Below, piece by piece: positions 1-8,724 of a DNA stretch of 64,000 nucleotides. Source of the DNA: an uncultured Gemmatimonadaceae bacterium (lineage in GTDB: Bacteria > Gemmatimonadota > Gemmatimonadetes > Gemmatimonadales > GWC2-71-9); contig CAYUYF010000006.1 in the NCBI GenBank assembly GCA_964449145.1, positions 2,847-66,846 on the forward strand, written 5' to 3'. Every line of letters starts with the position of its first letter. Positions within the stretch are counted from its first letter, which is position 1. Below the pieces are notes generated by a model. The model worked only from the letters and a program-made list of their open reading frames with translations. It ran no database searches and was not told the origin of the DNA. The position numbers and the translations under genes were made by a program.

Positions 1-1
1 G

Positions 2-838
2 GGAGAGTCGGGCTCGGGGAAGTCCTCAGTGGCCCGCACGGTCGTTCGCCTGCAGTCCCCCTCCGCCGGGCATGTGCAGTTCGAGGGTGCGGACCTGTTC
101 GAAGTGGCGCCGGAGGAACTGCGCCGGCTGCGGCGGCGCATCCAGATCGTCTTCCAGGACCCGGGGAGTGCCCTCAATCCGCGTATGCGGGTTGGCGATG
201 CCGTAGCCGAAGGGCTGGAGATCCACCGGATCGCGACCCGGGCGGACCGGCCTGCACGGGTGGCGGCGCTGCTCGCCGAGGTCGGGCTGGATGCCGACCT
301 CGCGACCCGCTGGCCGCACGAGCTCTCCGGCGGCCAGAAGCAGCGGGTGGCGATCGCCCGCGCGCTGGCGGTCGAGCCCGACTTGCTCGTGTGTGATGAG
401 GCGGTTTCCGCCCTGGATGTCTCGGTGCAGGCCCAGGTCCTGGCGTTGCTGGTGGAACTGCAGCGACGCCGTGGGCTGGCGTATCTCTTCATTGCCCACG
501 ACCTGGCGGTGGTGCGGCAGGTCGCCCATCGGGTGGCGGTGATGTACGCCGGGCAGATCGTCGAGACCGGACCGGTCGAAGAGTTGCTGGCTCAGCCGCG
601 CCATCCGTACACCCAGGCGCTGGTGGCCGCTGCCCCCGAGCCGGATCCGGCGGCCCCGATCCCCACCATGCTGCTCACCGGCGAGCCACCCTCCGCCACG
701 GCCCCGCCGTCAGGCTGCCGCCTCCACCCCCGCTGCTTCCACCCCCGGCGCGACGCCCGCTGCGCCGGCGAGGTCCCGACCCTGCGCCAGGTGGCCGGCA
801 CCCAGGCGGCCTGCCACTACGCCACACCGGATTCCTGA
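2..838 (+). CDS. ABC transporter ATP-binding protein, oligopeptide/dipeptide type (OppF/DppF-like); 5' end cut by window edge
   Basis: The frame is open back to position 2 and begins inside Walker A (GESGSGKS, 2-25). It has the ABC signature LSGGQKQRVAIARAL, Walker B LLVCDEAVSALD, and an Opp-type C-terminal Cys/His tail (CRLHPRC...ACHY). Confidence 0.9.
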   Translation, partial: GESGSGKSSVARTVVRLQSPSAGHVQFEGADLFEVAPEELRRLRRRIQIVFQDPGSALNPRMRVGDAVAEGLEIHRIATRADRPARVAALLAEVGLDADLATRWPHELSGGQKQRVAIARALAVEPDLLVCDEAVSALDVSVQAQVLALLVELQRRRGLAYLFIAHDLAVVRQVAHRVAVMYAGQIVETGPVEELLAQPRHPYTQALVAAAPEPDPAAPIPTMLLTGEPPSATAPPSGCRLHPRCFHPRRDARCAGEVPTLRQVAGTQAACHYATPDS

Positions 839-861
839 CGCCGGGCACCAGAAGTAGCCGG

Positions 862-3390
862 TCATCCCACCGCCTTGCTGATCAATGAAAGCCGGCCTGC
901 GAGCGCCTCACTCGCCTCGCGGAACGCCTGCTCCAGACCGGTGAGAAGCGGGCCTCCGGTGGCGAGGGAGGCGGGCGCAGGACGCTGTTCCAGCTGCTGG
1001 CAGGATTCAACGAGGCGGACCGCGCCGACCGTACTGGCCGATCCGCGCAGTGCGTGGAGCCCGCCCCGCCAAGCGGACCCGTCCCCGGCCACGGCGGCAT
1101 CACGCAGCGCCTGCAGCAGGCTCCTCCCCTGGACGGCGAACAGCGCGCTCACTTCGGCGACCAGCCCCGGCTGCCCCTCTGCCTCGAGGCTGCACAGGTT
1201 GCCCACGGCGCCCTCGTCCAGGATGGGTCCGGCCTTCGGCTCGGCAGGGGCCGCTTTCCGCGCGGTGCTGGGAGCAAATCGCCCAGACAGCCACCGGTCG
1301 AGCATCGCCTCCAATGCCTGCGGCTGCACCGGCTTGCTGAGATAGTCATCCATGCCTGCCGCAAGGCAGCGCTCGCGGTCACCCTGCATGGCGTGGGCGG
1401 TCATGGCCACCACCAGCTGGTGACCGCCTGACTCCGCCTCACGGGCCCGCAATTCCTGGGTTGCGGCCAGCCCGTCCAGGACCGGCATCTGGCAATCCAT
1501 CAGGACCAGGTCGAAACGCTCTGCCGCCAGCCGATCGAGCGCCTCACGCCCGTTGCCAACCACGACGGGTTTGAGGCCGAGCCGCCGCAGCATGCTGGTG
1601 GCCACCTTCTGGTTGACCGGTGCGTCTTCCACGAGCAGTACCCGCGCAGGTCCGCCCGGCGGCAGCTCACTGGCAGCCGCTGCGACGGGCCGGCGCCGCT
1701 CCAGCATCCCGATGAGGGCAGCGAGGACCGCCGCAGGGCCGGCGCTTCGCGGGAGTTCCGCCTCCCCTCGCATTGGCGTCGGCGTGCCACCAGGCTCCGC
1801 CGCCGCCCGCAGGATCAGCACCTGGCACGCGGCGTCGTCACCGCAGACCAGCAGGCGGTCCAGCACCGGCGTGAGGTCTTCCGGCCCCCCCGCATCCAGG
1901 ACCGCCATGCTCAGCGGCCGTCCATTGCGGGTCGCTTCCTCGGACCGGGCCCGCGCCTGACCCACGAATCGGGTCTCCACGACCTCCGCGCCTTCGGCCT
2001 GGAGCACTTCGTGCAGGCGCTGGACCTCCGGCGCAGCCCCGAGCAGCAGCACGCGCTGCCCCAGCAGCCGGGGCACCCGCGCCGCAGGCGCGGTGCCGGG
2101 TACGGTATCCACGGGGATGTGGCAGGTGAAGACGCTGCCCTCGCCTTCGGTGCTCGCCACGCTGATCTCCCCGCCCATGAGGTGCACCAGGTCGCGGCAG
2201 ATGGCGAGGCCGAGTCCGGTGCCGCCGTAGCGGCGGGTGGTGGACGTGTCGGCCTGGGTGAACTTCTCGAAGACCTGCGCCTGCTTGCCCGACGGGATCC
2301 CGATGCCGGTATCCTCGACGGAGAGGCGGAGGACAAGACGGGTGCCCGCCGACGACGCCAGACCGAGACGGACGGCGACGTGCCCCCGGTCGGTGAACTT
2401 GATCGCATTGCCGACCAGGTTGAGCAGCACCTGTCGCAGACGACCGGGGTCGCCACAGAGCGCCCGGGGCAGCTCCGGGGACACCTCGGCAATCAGGGGG
2501 AGGCCCTTTTCCGCCGCCCGTGGAGTGAGTAGCGCCCGCACGTCCTCGGTCACCGCATGCACATCCATCGGCACCTGTTCCAGCGTCAGCTTGCCGGCTT
2601 CGATCTTGGAGAGATCGAGAATGTCGTTGAGCAGGACGAGCAGCGTGTTGCCGGAGCTGTGAATGGTCTCCACACAGTCGCGCTGTTCCGCCGACATGGG
2701 GGTGTCCAGCAGCAGGCTGGCCATCCCGATGACCCCGTTCATCGGGGTACGGAGCTCGTGGCTCATGTTGGCCAGGAACTCGCTCTTGGCGCGATTGGCG
2801 GCCTGCGCCTCCTGGTTGGAGCGCGACAGCTCGCGGGTCCGTTCTTGCACCAGCTGCTCGAGACCGGCGCTGTGGCGAGCGAGCTCGTGGTACAGCTGGG
2901 CGCTCTCCAGGGCGGCCGCACAATTCCCCAGCAGGATGGACAGCAGCTTCTGATTGGCATCGGGGACATGCTCCAGCGCCTCCGCGCTGATCCCCAGGAA
3001 CATGCCGATCACCCGTGACCGGGTGGAGAGCGTATGCAGGAGCACCGTGCGGCCGGGACAGGAGCGCGCCGGCACCTGGACCGGAGCGTTGCGCTGGACC
3101 GCCCAGGCAAAGACTCCGGCCGCCACCTGCGCGTCCATCTCCTGCTGCAGGGCCAGCCCGGCGTCGGCCGGTTCATGGTCCATTCGCCGGAAGCCGAGCC
3201 CATCCGCCTCCAGGAGAAAGAAGGCGCTCCGCTCGAACTCCATCAGCCGCCGCAGCACCGGCCGGACCGCCGCCACGACGGTCGCGGGCGCCTCCTCCCG
3301 GGACCGAGCCGACCGGAACGCCCCCAGGGAGGCGACCATGTCGAGCGCCTCGAGTACCCAGGAATGGTCTGGCAGGGCCGGGTGGCTCAC
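862..3390 (-). CDS. Hybrid sensor histidine kinase/response regulator (GAF-like N-terminus, HisKA, HATPase, degenerate receiver-like spacer, REC, HPt)
   Basis: H-box [14 protein letters not shown]; ATPase boxes [25 protein letters not shown]; receiver [11 protein letters not shown]...[13 protein letters not shown]...SKP; C-terminal HPt-like [13 protein letters not shown]. The GTG start overlaps the upstream stop (GTGA at 3387-3390). Confidence 0.9.
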   Translation of the reverse strand: MSHPALPDHSWVLEALDMVASLGAFRSARSREEAPATVVAAVRPVLRRLMEFERSAFFLLEADGLGFRRMDHEPADAGLALQQEMDAQVAAGVFAWAVQRNAPVQVPARSCPGRTVLLHTLSTRSRVIGMFLGISAEALEHVPDANQKLLSILLGNCAAALESAQLYHELARHSAGLEQLVQERTRELSRSNQEAQAANRAKSEFLANMSHELRTPMNGVIGMASLLLDTPMSAEQRDCVETIHSSGNTLLVLLNDILDLSKIEAGKLTLEQVPMDVHAVTEDVRALLTPRAAEKGLPLIAEVSPELPRALCGDPGRLRQVLLNLVGNAIKFTDRGHVAVRLGLASSAGTRLVLRLSVEDTGIGIPSGKQAQVFEKFTQADTSTTRRYGGTGLGLAICRDLVHLMGGEISVASTEGEGSVFTCHIPVDTVPGTAPAARVPRLLGQRVLLLGAAPEVQRLHEVLQAEGAEVVETRFVGQARARSEEATRNGRPLSMAVLDAGGPEDLTPVLDRLLVCGDDAACQVLILRAAAEPGGTPTPMRGEAELPRSAGPAAVLAALIGMLERRRPVAAAASELPPGGPARVLLVEDAPVNQKVATSMLRRLGLKPVVVGNGREALDRLAAERFDLVLMDCQMPVLDGLAATQELRAREAESGGHQLVVAMTAHAMQGDRERCLAAGMDDYLSKPVQPQALEAMLDRWLSGRFAPSTARKAAPAEPKAGPILDEGAVGNLCSLEAEGQPGLVAEVSALFAVQGRSLLQALRDAAVAGDGSAWRGGLHALRGSASTVGAVRLVESCQQLEQRPAPASLATGGPLLTGLEQAFREASEALAGRLSLISKAVG

Positions 3391-4238
3391 GCAGCCTCCA
3401 GCGCCATGATCCTCACTGCGGACTCGTAATGCCGCTCCGCCTCATCCACGATGTCCGGGATCATCTCGGGGCTGATGCCGATGGCCTCCCATGCGGATGG
3501 GATCAGCGGCGGGACCAGGGTCTCCCCGCTGGAGCCGAGCCCGAGGGCGTTGGTGATGAGATCGGCCACATGGACCACCGCCGCCTCCACCGGGAACCGC
3601 TGGGCCCGTTCGGGGTGGTGATGCTGCAGCACCGACTCGCGGAGGCTGGGCGGGAGCTTCCACAGCTCAAGAAGGGCATGCCCGACATGGGCGTGGTCGA
3701 ACCCGAAGACCTGGTGTTCCGCTTCAAAGAGCGGCTCCCCGCGGTCCCGGGCGCGCTGCAGCGCATCTCGGGATTGCTCCGGCGCCTTGAGATACATGAT
3801 GGGACGCCCGATATCATGCAGCAGCCCGGCCACGAAGTAGCGCTCGACATTGGTCTCCCGCCGGCGCGAAGCGAGGGCCCGGGCGGTGACCCCGCAGGCC
3901 ACCGAATGACGCCAGAAGGACTCCATCGACACCACGTCGGCGGGCATGCTGGCAAACAGCCGGATGACCGACGTGGCCAGGGCAAGGTCCTGCAACTGGG
4001 CCGTCCCCACGATGCTGATCGCATGGCTCACCGTCTCGATCCGGGAGGGGAAGCCATACATGGCGCTGTTGACCAGCCGGAGGAGCCGGGCCGTGAGGCC
4101 GGGATCCTCCGCGATCACCCGTCCGACGTCCGCGGCGGAGCTGCGTGGATCGCTCACCACCGCCGACAGGCGGAGGTAGACGCCGGGCAGGGAGGTGAGG
4201 CTCACCACCCCCTTGAGAAGATCCGAGGCTCTAGCCAT
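3387..4238 (-). CDS. HDOD domain signalling protein
   Basis: HDOD signature [48 protein letters not shown]...ISIVG, followed by an HD-like region (GLLHDIG). The start overlaps the upstream stop by 8 nt. Confidence 0.85.
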   Translation of the reverse strand: MARASDLLKGVVSLTSLPGVYLRLSAVVSDPRSSAADVGRVIAEDPGLTARLLRLVNSAMYGFPSRIETVSHAISIVGTAQLQDLALATSVIRLFASMPADVVSMESFWRHSVACGVTARALASRRRETNVERYFVAGLLHDIGRPIMYLKAPEQSRDALQRARDRGEPLFEAEHQVFGFDHAHVGHALLELWKLPPSLRESVLQHHHPERAQRFPVEAAVVHVADLITNALGLGSSGETLVPPLIPSAWEAIGISPEMIPDIVDEAERHYESAVRIMALEAA

Positions 4239-4614
4239 TGGCGGAAGTTTCCCGGCCGGCGGCGCGATCGGCGGCGCGGCTCACGCACAGCCGGAACAGT
4301 TCCACGACCAGCGGGTGGGTCTGGTCGGTGTTGCGGAAGTGCTGGCGCGCCTCCGATTCCGCCACGGCCAGCTGTTCCGGCGTGGGACCAGCCGCGACCG
4401 CCTCGCCAGGCAGGCCCTCCGCCCGGACACGGATCATGGTGATGCCCCACAGCTGGCAGGCGCGCAGGTGGCGCTCGGTCAGCTCAGTGCCGGCCGACAT
4501 CAGCAGACGTCCCTGCTGGTCGTAGACGTCCTCCACCACCGGGATCCCCGGGACAAGGTCGTCCACGGCGAGGAGCACCGAGGGCTCCGGGCGTCGGTCC
4601 AGGCCGCGCGTCAT
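4231..4614 (-). CDS. Small hypothetical protein, resembles the accessory domain found next to HD-GYP domains (DUF3391-like, from memory)
   Basis: 127-aa ORF with high GC3, coupled to the HDOD gene. The motif VDDLVPGIPVVEDVYDQQGRLLMSAGTELTERHL parallels the C-terminus of the REC-HD-GYP protein at 19502-20683. Confidence 0.55.
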   Translation of the reverse strand: MTRGLDRRPEPSVLLAVDDLVPGIPVVEDVYDQQGRLLMSAGTELTERHLRACQLWGITMIRVRAEGLPGEAVAAGPTPEQLAVAESEARQHFRNTDQTHPLVVELFRLCVSRAADRAAGRETSANG

Positions 4615-4693
4615 GGTTCCCCCCGCTGCCGGAGGGGGTCATGCGCGCCGGCCGGAGCGCGGCAATGGACGGACACTGGCGGGATGTGAACGC

Positions 4694-5278
4694 TCACGCT
4701 GACCTCGATGGGTCCGGGTGCGACAGACGGTCAAGCTGTGGTCGCAGGTGGTGCTCGTAACAGTCGGGGCAGATGCCGTGGGTGAACTGCGCATCGGTGT
4801 GGCGGGAGACATAGTCGTCCACCTGGGACCAGCGCTCCGCCTCATCCCGGATCCGCTTGCAATAGCTGCAGATCGGCAACAGTCCCTCGAGCTGCAGCAC
4901 CGCCCGGTGCAGGCCAAGCACCCGCTCGGCCACCCGCAGGCGGGCGTGCAGTTCGTGCTCGTGGATCGGCTTGGAGACGAAATCGTCCGCGCCCGCTTCC
5001 ATGCCGTCGAGATAGCTGGTACGGCCGCGCATGGCGGTCAGCAGGATGATCCAGGTGTAGCGGCCCGAGTCGAGAGCCCTGACCCGGCGGGTGAGCTCCA
5101 GTCCATCCACCCGGGGCATCATCCAGTCGGTGATGAGCACCGAGGCAGGCGCGGCGAGATGGCGTTCCCACGCCTCGCCGCCGTCGCCGGCCATCTCCAC
5201 CTCATGCCCCAGCCCCGCCAGGGTGGCGGCGAGCACCCGACTCGACACCGGGTCGTCGTCAGCGATCAGCACGCGCAT
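4694..5278 (-). CDS. Response regulator: REC domain plus a C-terminal Cys/His-rich (putative zinc-binding) output domain
   Basis: REC motifs MRVLIADDD...LITDWMMPRVDG...SKP. C-terminus PICSYCKRIRDEAERW...FTHGICPDCYEHH. Start moved to ATG 5278, which follows GGAGG by 7 nt; the ORF track extends to 5314. Confidence 0.85.
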   Translation of the reverse strand: MRVLIADDDPVSSRVLAATLAGLGHEVEMAGDGGEAWERHLAAPASVLITDWMMPRVDGLELTRRVRALDSGRYTWIILLTAMRGRTSYLDGMEAGADDFVSKPIHEHELHARLRVAERVLGLHRAVLQLEGLLPICSYCKRIRDEAERWSQVDDYVSRHTDAQFTHGICPDCYEHHLRPQLDRLSHPDPSRSA

Positions 5279-5375
5279 CGGCCCACCTCCCATCGGTGGG
5301 GTACCCGCGCCCATGGCGAGACCGGTGGTCCCGGCTCCACCACGCCAGTGGCGAGCGCAGCACGGGAGGCCGCTC

Positions 5376-6467
5376 TCATCGGAGTTCCCTCACCGGTGCG
5401 ACCAGACGCTGAGCTCTCCCCACGGTGGTCCGTGCAACCAGCTCGGCCGGGATGCCCGCCAGGGGCAGCACACGCTCGGCCAGGCCTGCCCCGACGATAG
5501 CGCCGGGCATGCCCCAGACCACCGAGGTGGCCTCATCCTGGGCGAGCAGTCGGCTCCCGGCGCGCCGCATGACCTCGGCGCCCTGCAGCCCGTCGTGGCC
5601 CATTCCGGTCAGGACCAGGCCCAGCGCCCGGTCCCCGTACACCTCCGCGACCGACCGGAACAGCACGTCCACCGCGGGCCGACAGGAGTTTTCGGGGGGG
5701 GCCTGGGTGAGGACCGTCAGCACGCGTTCGCCGTCGCGGCGCAGCGCCAGGTGGAAGTTGCCCGGCGCAATCAACACCGTACCGGGCTCCAGCTGCTCCT
5801 CCGACACCGCCTCTCGCACCGTCAAGGGTGACTGCGAGGAGAGCCGATCGGCCAGAATCCGGGTAAACAGCGGCGGCATGTGCTGCACCACCACGATAGG
5901 TACCGGGAACTCCGCCGGGAGGCTGCCGAGGATGGCCGACAGCGCGTTGGGGCCACCGGTGGATACGCCCACGGCCAGGACATCCACCCGTGACGGAAGG
6001 GGAGTCACCACGCGGCGGGCCGGCGCACTCGGAGCACGACCGGGTGGTGGACGGATCACGCGACCGGCAAGGGCCTTGATCTTGGGCACCAGGTCCTCCC
6101 GGAGCTGTGCCCGGGCCTGGGCCAGATTGCCGAGATTGGCTGGTTTGGTGACGTAGTCAGAGGCGCCGCAGGCCAGCGCGTCCAGAGTTGCGGTCGCCCC
6201 CCGCTCGGTCCTGCTGCTGAGCATGATGACGGGCAAGGCGGGGTACAGCCGGCGGAGCGCCACCAGCGTCTCCAGGCCATCCATTTCCGGCATCTCGAGA
6301 TCGAGGGTAATCAGGTCCGGGGCCAGGGTGGAGAGGCTTGCCAGCGCGGCACGCCCGTGCGGGGCCGTACCCACGACTTCAATCTCCGGGTCCGACGACA
6401 GCAGGTCCCCGACAATTCTGCGCACAACCGCCGCGTCATCCACGACCAGTACCCGGATCTTCGGCAT
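5376..6467 (-). CDS. cheB: Chemotaxis protein-glutamate methylesterase CheB
   Basis: N-terminal REC (IRVLVVDDAAVVRR...DLEMPEMDG). The esterase domain has GVSTGGPNAL, QHMPPLFT and LTGMGHDG. Confidence 0.95.
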   Translation of the reverse strand: MPKIRVLVVDDAAVVRRIVGDLLSSDPEIEVVGTAPHGRAALASLSTLAPDLITLDLEMPEMDGLETLVALRRLYPALPVIMLSSRTERGATATLDALACGASDYVTKPANLGNLAQARAQLREDLVPKIKALAGRVIRPPPGRAPSAPARRVVTPLPSRVDVLAVGVSTGGPNALSAILGSLPAEFPVPIVVVQHMPPLFTRILADRLSSQSPLTVREAVSEEQLEPGTVLIAPGNFHLALRRDGERVLTVLTQAPPENSCRPAVDVLFRSVAEVYGDRALGLVLTGMGHDGLQGAEVMRRAGSRLLAQDEATSVVWGMPGAIVGAGLAERVLPLAGIPAELVARTTVGRAQRLVAPVRELR

Positions 6468-6474
6468 GATGACC

Positions 6475-6846
6475 TTACAGGGAGGCGAGGCCCACGAGCT
6501 GGAGCTTTTCCAGCAACACGGCCGGGGTGAACGGTTTCATGACGTACTCGTTGGCCCCGGCATCGAGCGCACGCTGCATCTGTCCCATCTCGGTTTCCGT
6601 GGACACCATCAGGATGATGGTCTGGTGCCACGCCGGGTTCTGGCGTGCCGCGCACAGGAACTCGAAGCCGTTCATCTCCGGCATGTTCCAATCGACCATT
6701 ACCAGGTCAACGGCCCCCACCTCGGCCAGCCGGTCAAGTGCCTCGCGGCCGTTGCCCGCCTGAAACACCTCGAGGCCCAGCTCGCTCAGTGTCTTGCCGA
6801 TGATGCTTCGAATCGCCCGCGAGTCATCCACGACCAATGCTCGCAT
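6475..6846 (-). CDS. cheY: Chemotaxis response regulator CheY
   Basis: Single REC domain MRALVVDDSRAIR...VMVDWNMPEMNG...MKPF. ATG 6846 is preceded by GGAGG at 5 nt; the ORF-track extension to 6924 starts at GTG and looks non-coding. Confidence 0.9.
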   Translation of the reverse strand: MRALVVDDSRAIRSIIGKTLSELGLEVFQAGNGREALDRLAEVGAVDLVMVDWNMPEMNGFEFLCAARQNPAWHQTIILMVSTETEMGQMQRALDAGANEYVMKPFTPAVLLEKLQLVGLASL

Positions 6847-6941
6847 CGAGGCCTCCAGCTGTGAGATGTGCCACCGAGCTGCCGAGTGCCGCCACGCGGG
6901 GCCCGGCGGAGGGGTCGGCGGCACCCGAATCTCCCTTTCAG

Positions 6942-6969
6942 ATATCGGCAGGTGGCGTCGGGAACTGGA
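6942..6969 (-). promoter_or_regulatory. Candidate sigma28 (FliA) promoter upstream of cheY-cheB
   Basis: The minus strand reads TCCAGTTC-N12-GCCGATAT. The -10 element matches GCCGATAA/T. It lies in the 184-bp gap between PilZ and cheY, about 90 nt upstream of the cheY ATG. Confidence 0.4.
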
Positions 6970-7030
6970 GCGACGGGGGAGACTGACACAGCGGCCCGGA
7001 CGCCGGGAGGGCGCTCCAGGGGGGCGGGCG

Positions 7031-7411
7031 TCAGCCGGGACGGAGGCCCAGGTGGTCGTGCATTTCCTGCTCTACCCGCCGGGGGTCGTCGCTGTTGTAC
7101 AGCACGAGGTTCCGGAGGTGATCCAGGCTCTCCAGCCCGATGAGTTCCTCAAACCGGAACGCACAGCCGCCGGGACCGTGGCGCAGTACGCGGCCGATGG
7201 CACAGACCAGCTGATCGGTGCCATCCAGGAACACCCGGACCTGGCACGGGCTGCCTTCTTCGGGAGGCGTTTCCGTGTGGAGAAACCCGCCCTGCAGCCC
7301 CAGGTTCGCGATGATCCCCGGCACCACGGCGGCACCTGGGCAAAGGAGCTCCGCGCGCAGGTGGAGCTTCACCCGGCTGCACTGGCGCCGATGCTGATGG
7401 TCGGATTCCAC
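7031..7411 (-). CDS. PilZ domain protein (putative c-di-GMP receptor) inside the che operon
   Basis: RRxxxR motif (RRQCSR) and a partial (D/N)xSxxG motif (NLGLQGG). The GTG start at 7411 is preceded by GGAGGGAGC immediately after the cheX stop. Confidence 0.7.
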   Translation of the reverse strand: MESDHQHRRQCSRVKLHLRAELLCPGAAVVPGIIANLGLQGGFLHTETPPEEGSPCQVRVFLDGTDQLVCAIGRVLRHGPGGCAFRFEELIGLESLDHLRNLVLYNSDDPRRVEQEMHDHLGLRPG

Positions 7412-7419
7412 GCTCCCTC

Positions 7420-7869
7420 CTAGGTGCCGGACGCGCGATGGAGACGAACCGCAAGTGGTGATCCCTGGCACTCGAACAGGACCGTGGTGAGCAGCACACC
7501 GCTCAGCGGCCGCAGGGCGAGGGCGCTGCCCTCCGCTACCGTCGGCAGGGAGAGGCGGCACGGCTCGGGCAGGAGGGCCTTGACGTTGCCCCCAAGCATG
7601 TTGGTGAGCTCACCGATGACATCCCGGGTGTCGGCGGCGCTGACCTCCGGCAGGGCGACGCCGAACATGGTGGCGGCCGCGGTTCTGGCGAAGTGGGCGG
7701 TGCACTCGATCGTGACCGCGCCCTCCCAGGCGCCGCTGATGCGGACGGAGGCCGACATGACGGGGTCCAGCGCGGGCAGCGGGTCGGTACGGCGAATCAG
7801 GCCGACGCCGAGCACCGACTCCCACACCAGTTCGGCCACCTGACCGATCTCGGCCTCGAGCAGGTTCAT
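7420..7869 (-). CDS. cheX: CheX/CheC-family CheY-P phosphatase
   Basis: 149 aa with the CheC/X motif DVIGELTNMLGGN (DxxxExxN). ATG 7869 overlaps the cheR stop (ATGA). The upstream part of the 319-aa track ORF is a shadow frame of cheR. Confidence 0.8.
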   Translation of the reverse strand: MNLLEAEIGQVAELVWESVLGVGLIRRTDPLPALDPVMSASVRISGAWEGAVTIECTAHFARTAAATMFGVALPEVSAADTRDVIGELTNMLGGNVKALLPEPCRLSLPTVAEGSALALRPLSGVLLTTVLFECQGSPLAVRLHRASGT

Positions 7870-8702
7870 GGCTCCTCCAGCTTTCCCTTGATCCGGTAAC
7901 AGCCGGCCTTGTCTAGCGGGAGGCGCTCGAAGGCATCCCCGAGATTCAGCGTCGTTTCCGCCCCACCCAGGAAGAGATGACCCCAGGGATTCAGCACCCC
8001 GCGGACGTTGCGGAGGATGCTGCGTTTGGTCTCCACGTCGAAATAGATCAGGACGTTCCGCAGGAACACCACATCCATCGGCGGGAGCGGTCCCCAGGGC
8101 TCGATCAGGTTCAGCTCGCGGAACTCGCACAGGCGCTGGACCTCCGGCCTGATCTGCCACTCCATGCCCTTCTTCTCGAAGTACTTCAGCAGCAGCGCCG
8201 CCGGGAGTCCGCGGTTCACCTCGAGCTGGCCGTACTTGCCGGTGCGGCAGCGGGTCACCATCCCGGCCGAGAGATCGGTACCCAGCACCTTGATCGACCA
8301 GCCGGCAAGCTGGGGGAAGTGCTCCAGCAGGGTCATGGCCACGGTGTAGGGTTCCTGGCCGCTGGAACTCGCCGCACACCAGATGGTCAGCCGCCGTTCC
8401 GCCTGTCGGCGGCGGATGACCTCGGGCAGGATGACGGTCCGGAGCGCTTCGAACGGGTACAGGTCCCGGAAGAAGCTGGTCTCGTTGGTCGTCATCGCCT
8501 CCACCACCTTGCGGGGCAGCCCATTCGCTGGCTGTGCCCGGAGGTGGTGCACCATGGCGTCAATGGACTGGAAACCCTCGGCACGGGCCAGCGGCGCCAG
8601 ACGGGCTTCCAGCAGGTAGCTCTTCTCCGGCTCCAGCACGATGGCCGATCGCTGGCGGACGAGCCCGCTGAGGAACTGAACGTCCGTCAGACTCAGGGGC
8701 AT
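7866..8702 (-). CDS. cheR: Chemotaxis protein methyltransferase CheR
   Basis: CheR N-terminal helical domain plus SAM-binding fold (TNETSFFRD, IWCAASSSGQEPY, FLRNVLIYFD). ATG 8702 follows GAGG. The 8741 alternative is a TTG that overlaps the MCP gene. Confidence 0.93.
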   Translation of the reverse strand: MPLSLTDVQFLSGLVRQRSAIVLEPEKSYLLEARLAPLARAEGFQSIDAMVHHLRAQPANGLPRKVVEAMTTNETSFFRDLYPFEALRTVILPEVIRRRQAERRLTIWCAASSSGQEPYTVAMTLLEHFPQLAGWSIKVLGTDLSAGMVTRCRTGKYGQLEVNRGLPAALLLKYFEKKGMEWQIRPEVQRLCEFRELNLIEPWGPLPPMDVVFLRNVLIYFDVETKRSILRNVRGVLNPWGHLFLGGAETTLNLGDAFERLPLDKAGCYRIKGKLEEP

Positions 8703-8724
8703 GGCCGCGACCTCGGGGCAACGG

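Noticed and set aside
6847-6924. N-terminal extensions offered by the ORF track for many genes: cheY to 6924, PilZ to 7561, cheX to 8379, cheR to 8741, REC-Cys to 5314, MCP to 15917, fliA to 29333, fliH to 47007, flgB to 51104, activator to 52621, flgL from 52687, TPR-GT to 60190, and flagellin from 60423.
   Set aside because: The extensions start at GTG/TTG or overlap the upstream gene deeply, and they translate to Arg/Pro-rich junk. They are superseded by internal ATG/GTG codons that follow a Shine-Dalgarno sequence and begin at the conserved family N-terminus.
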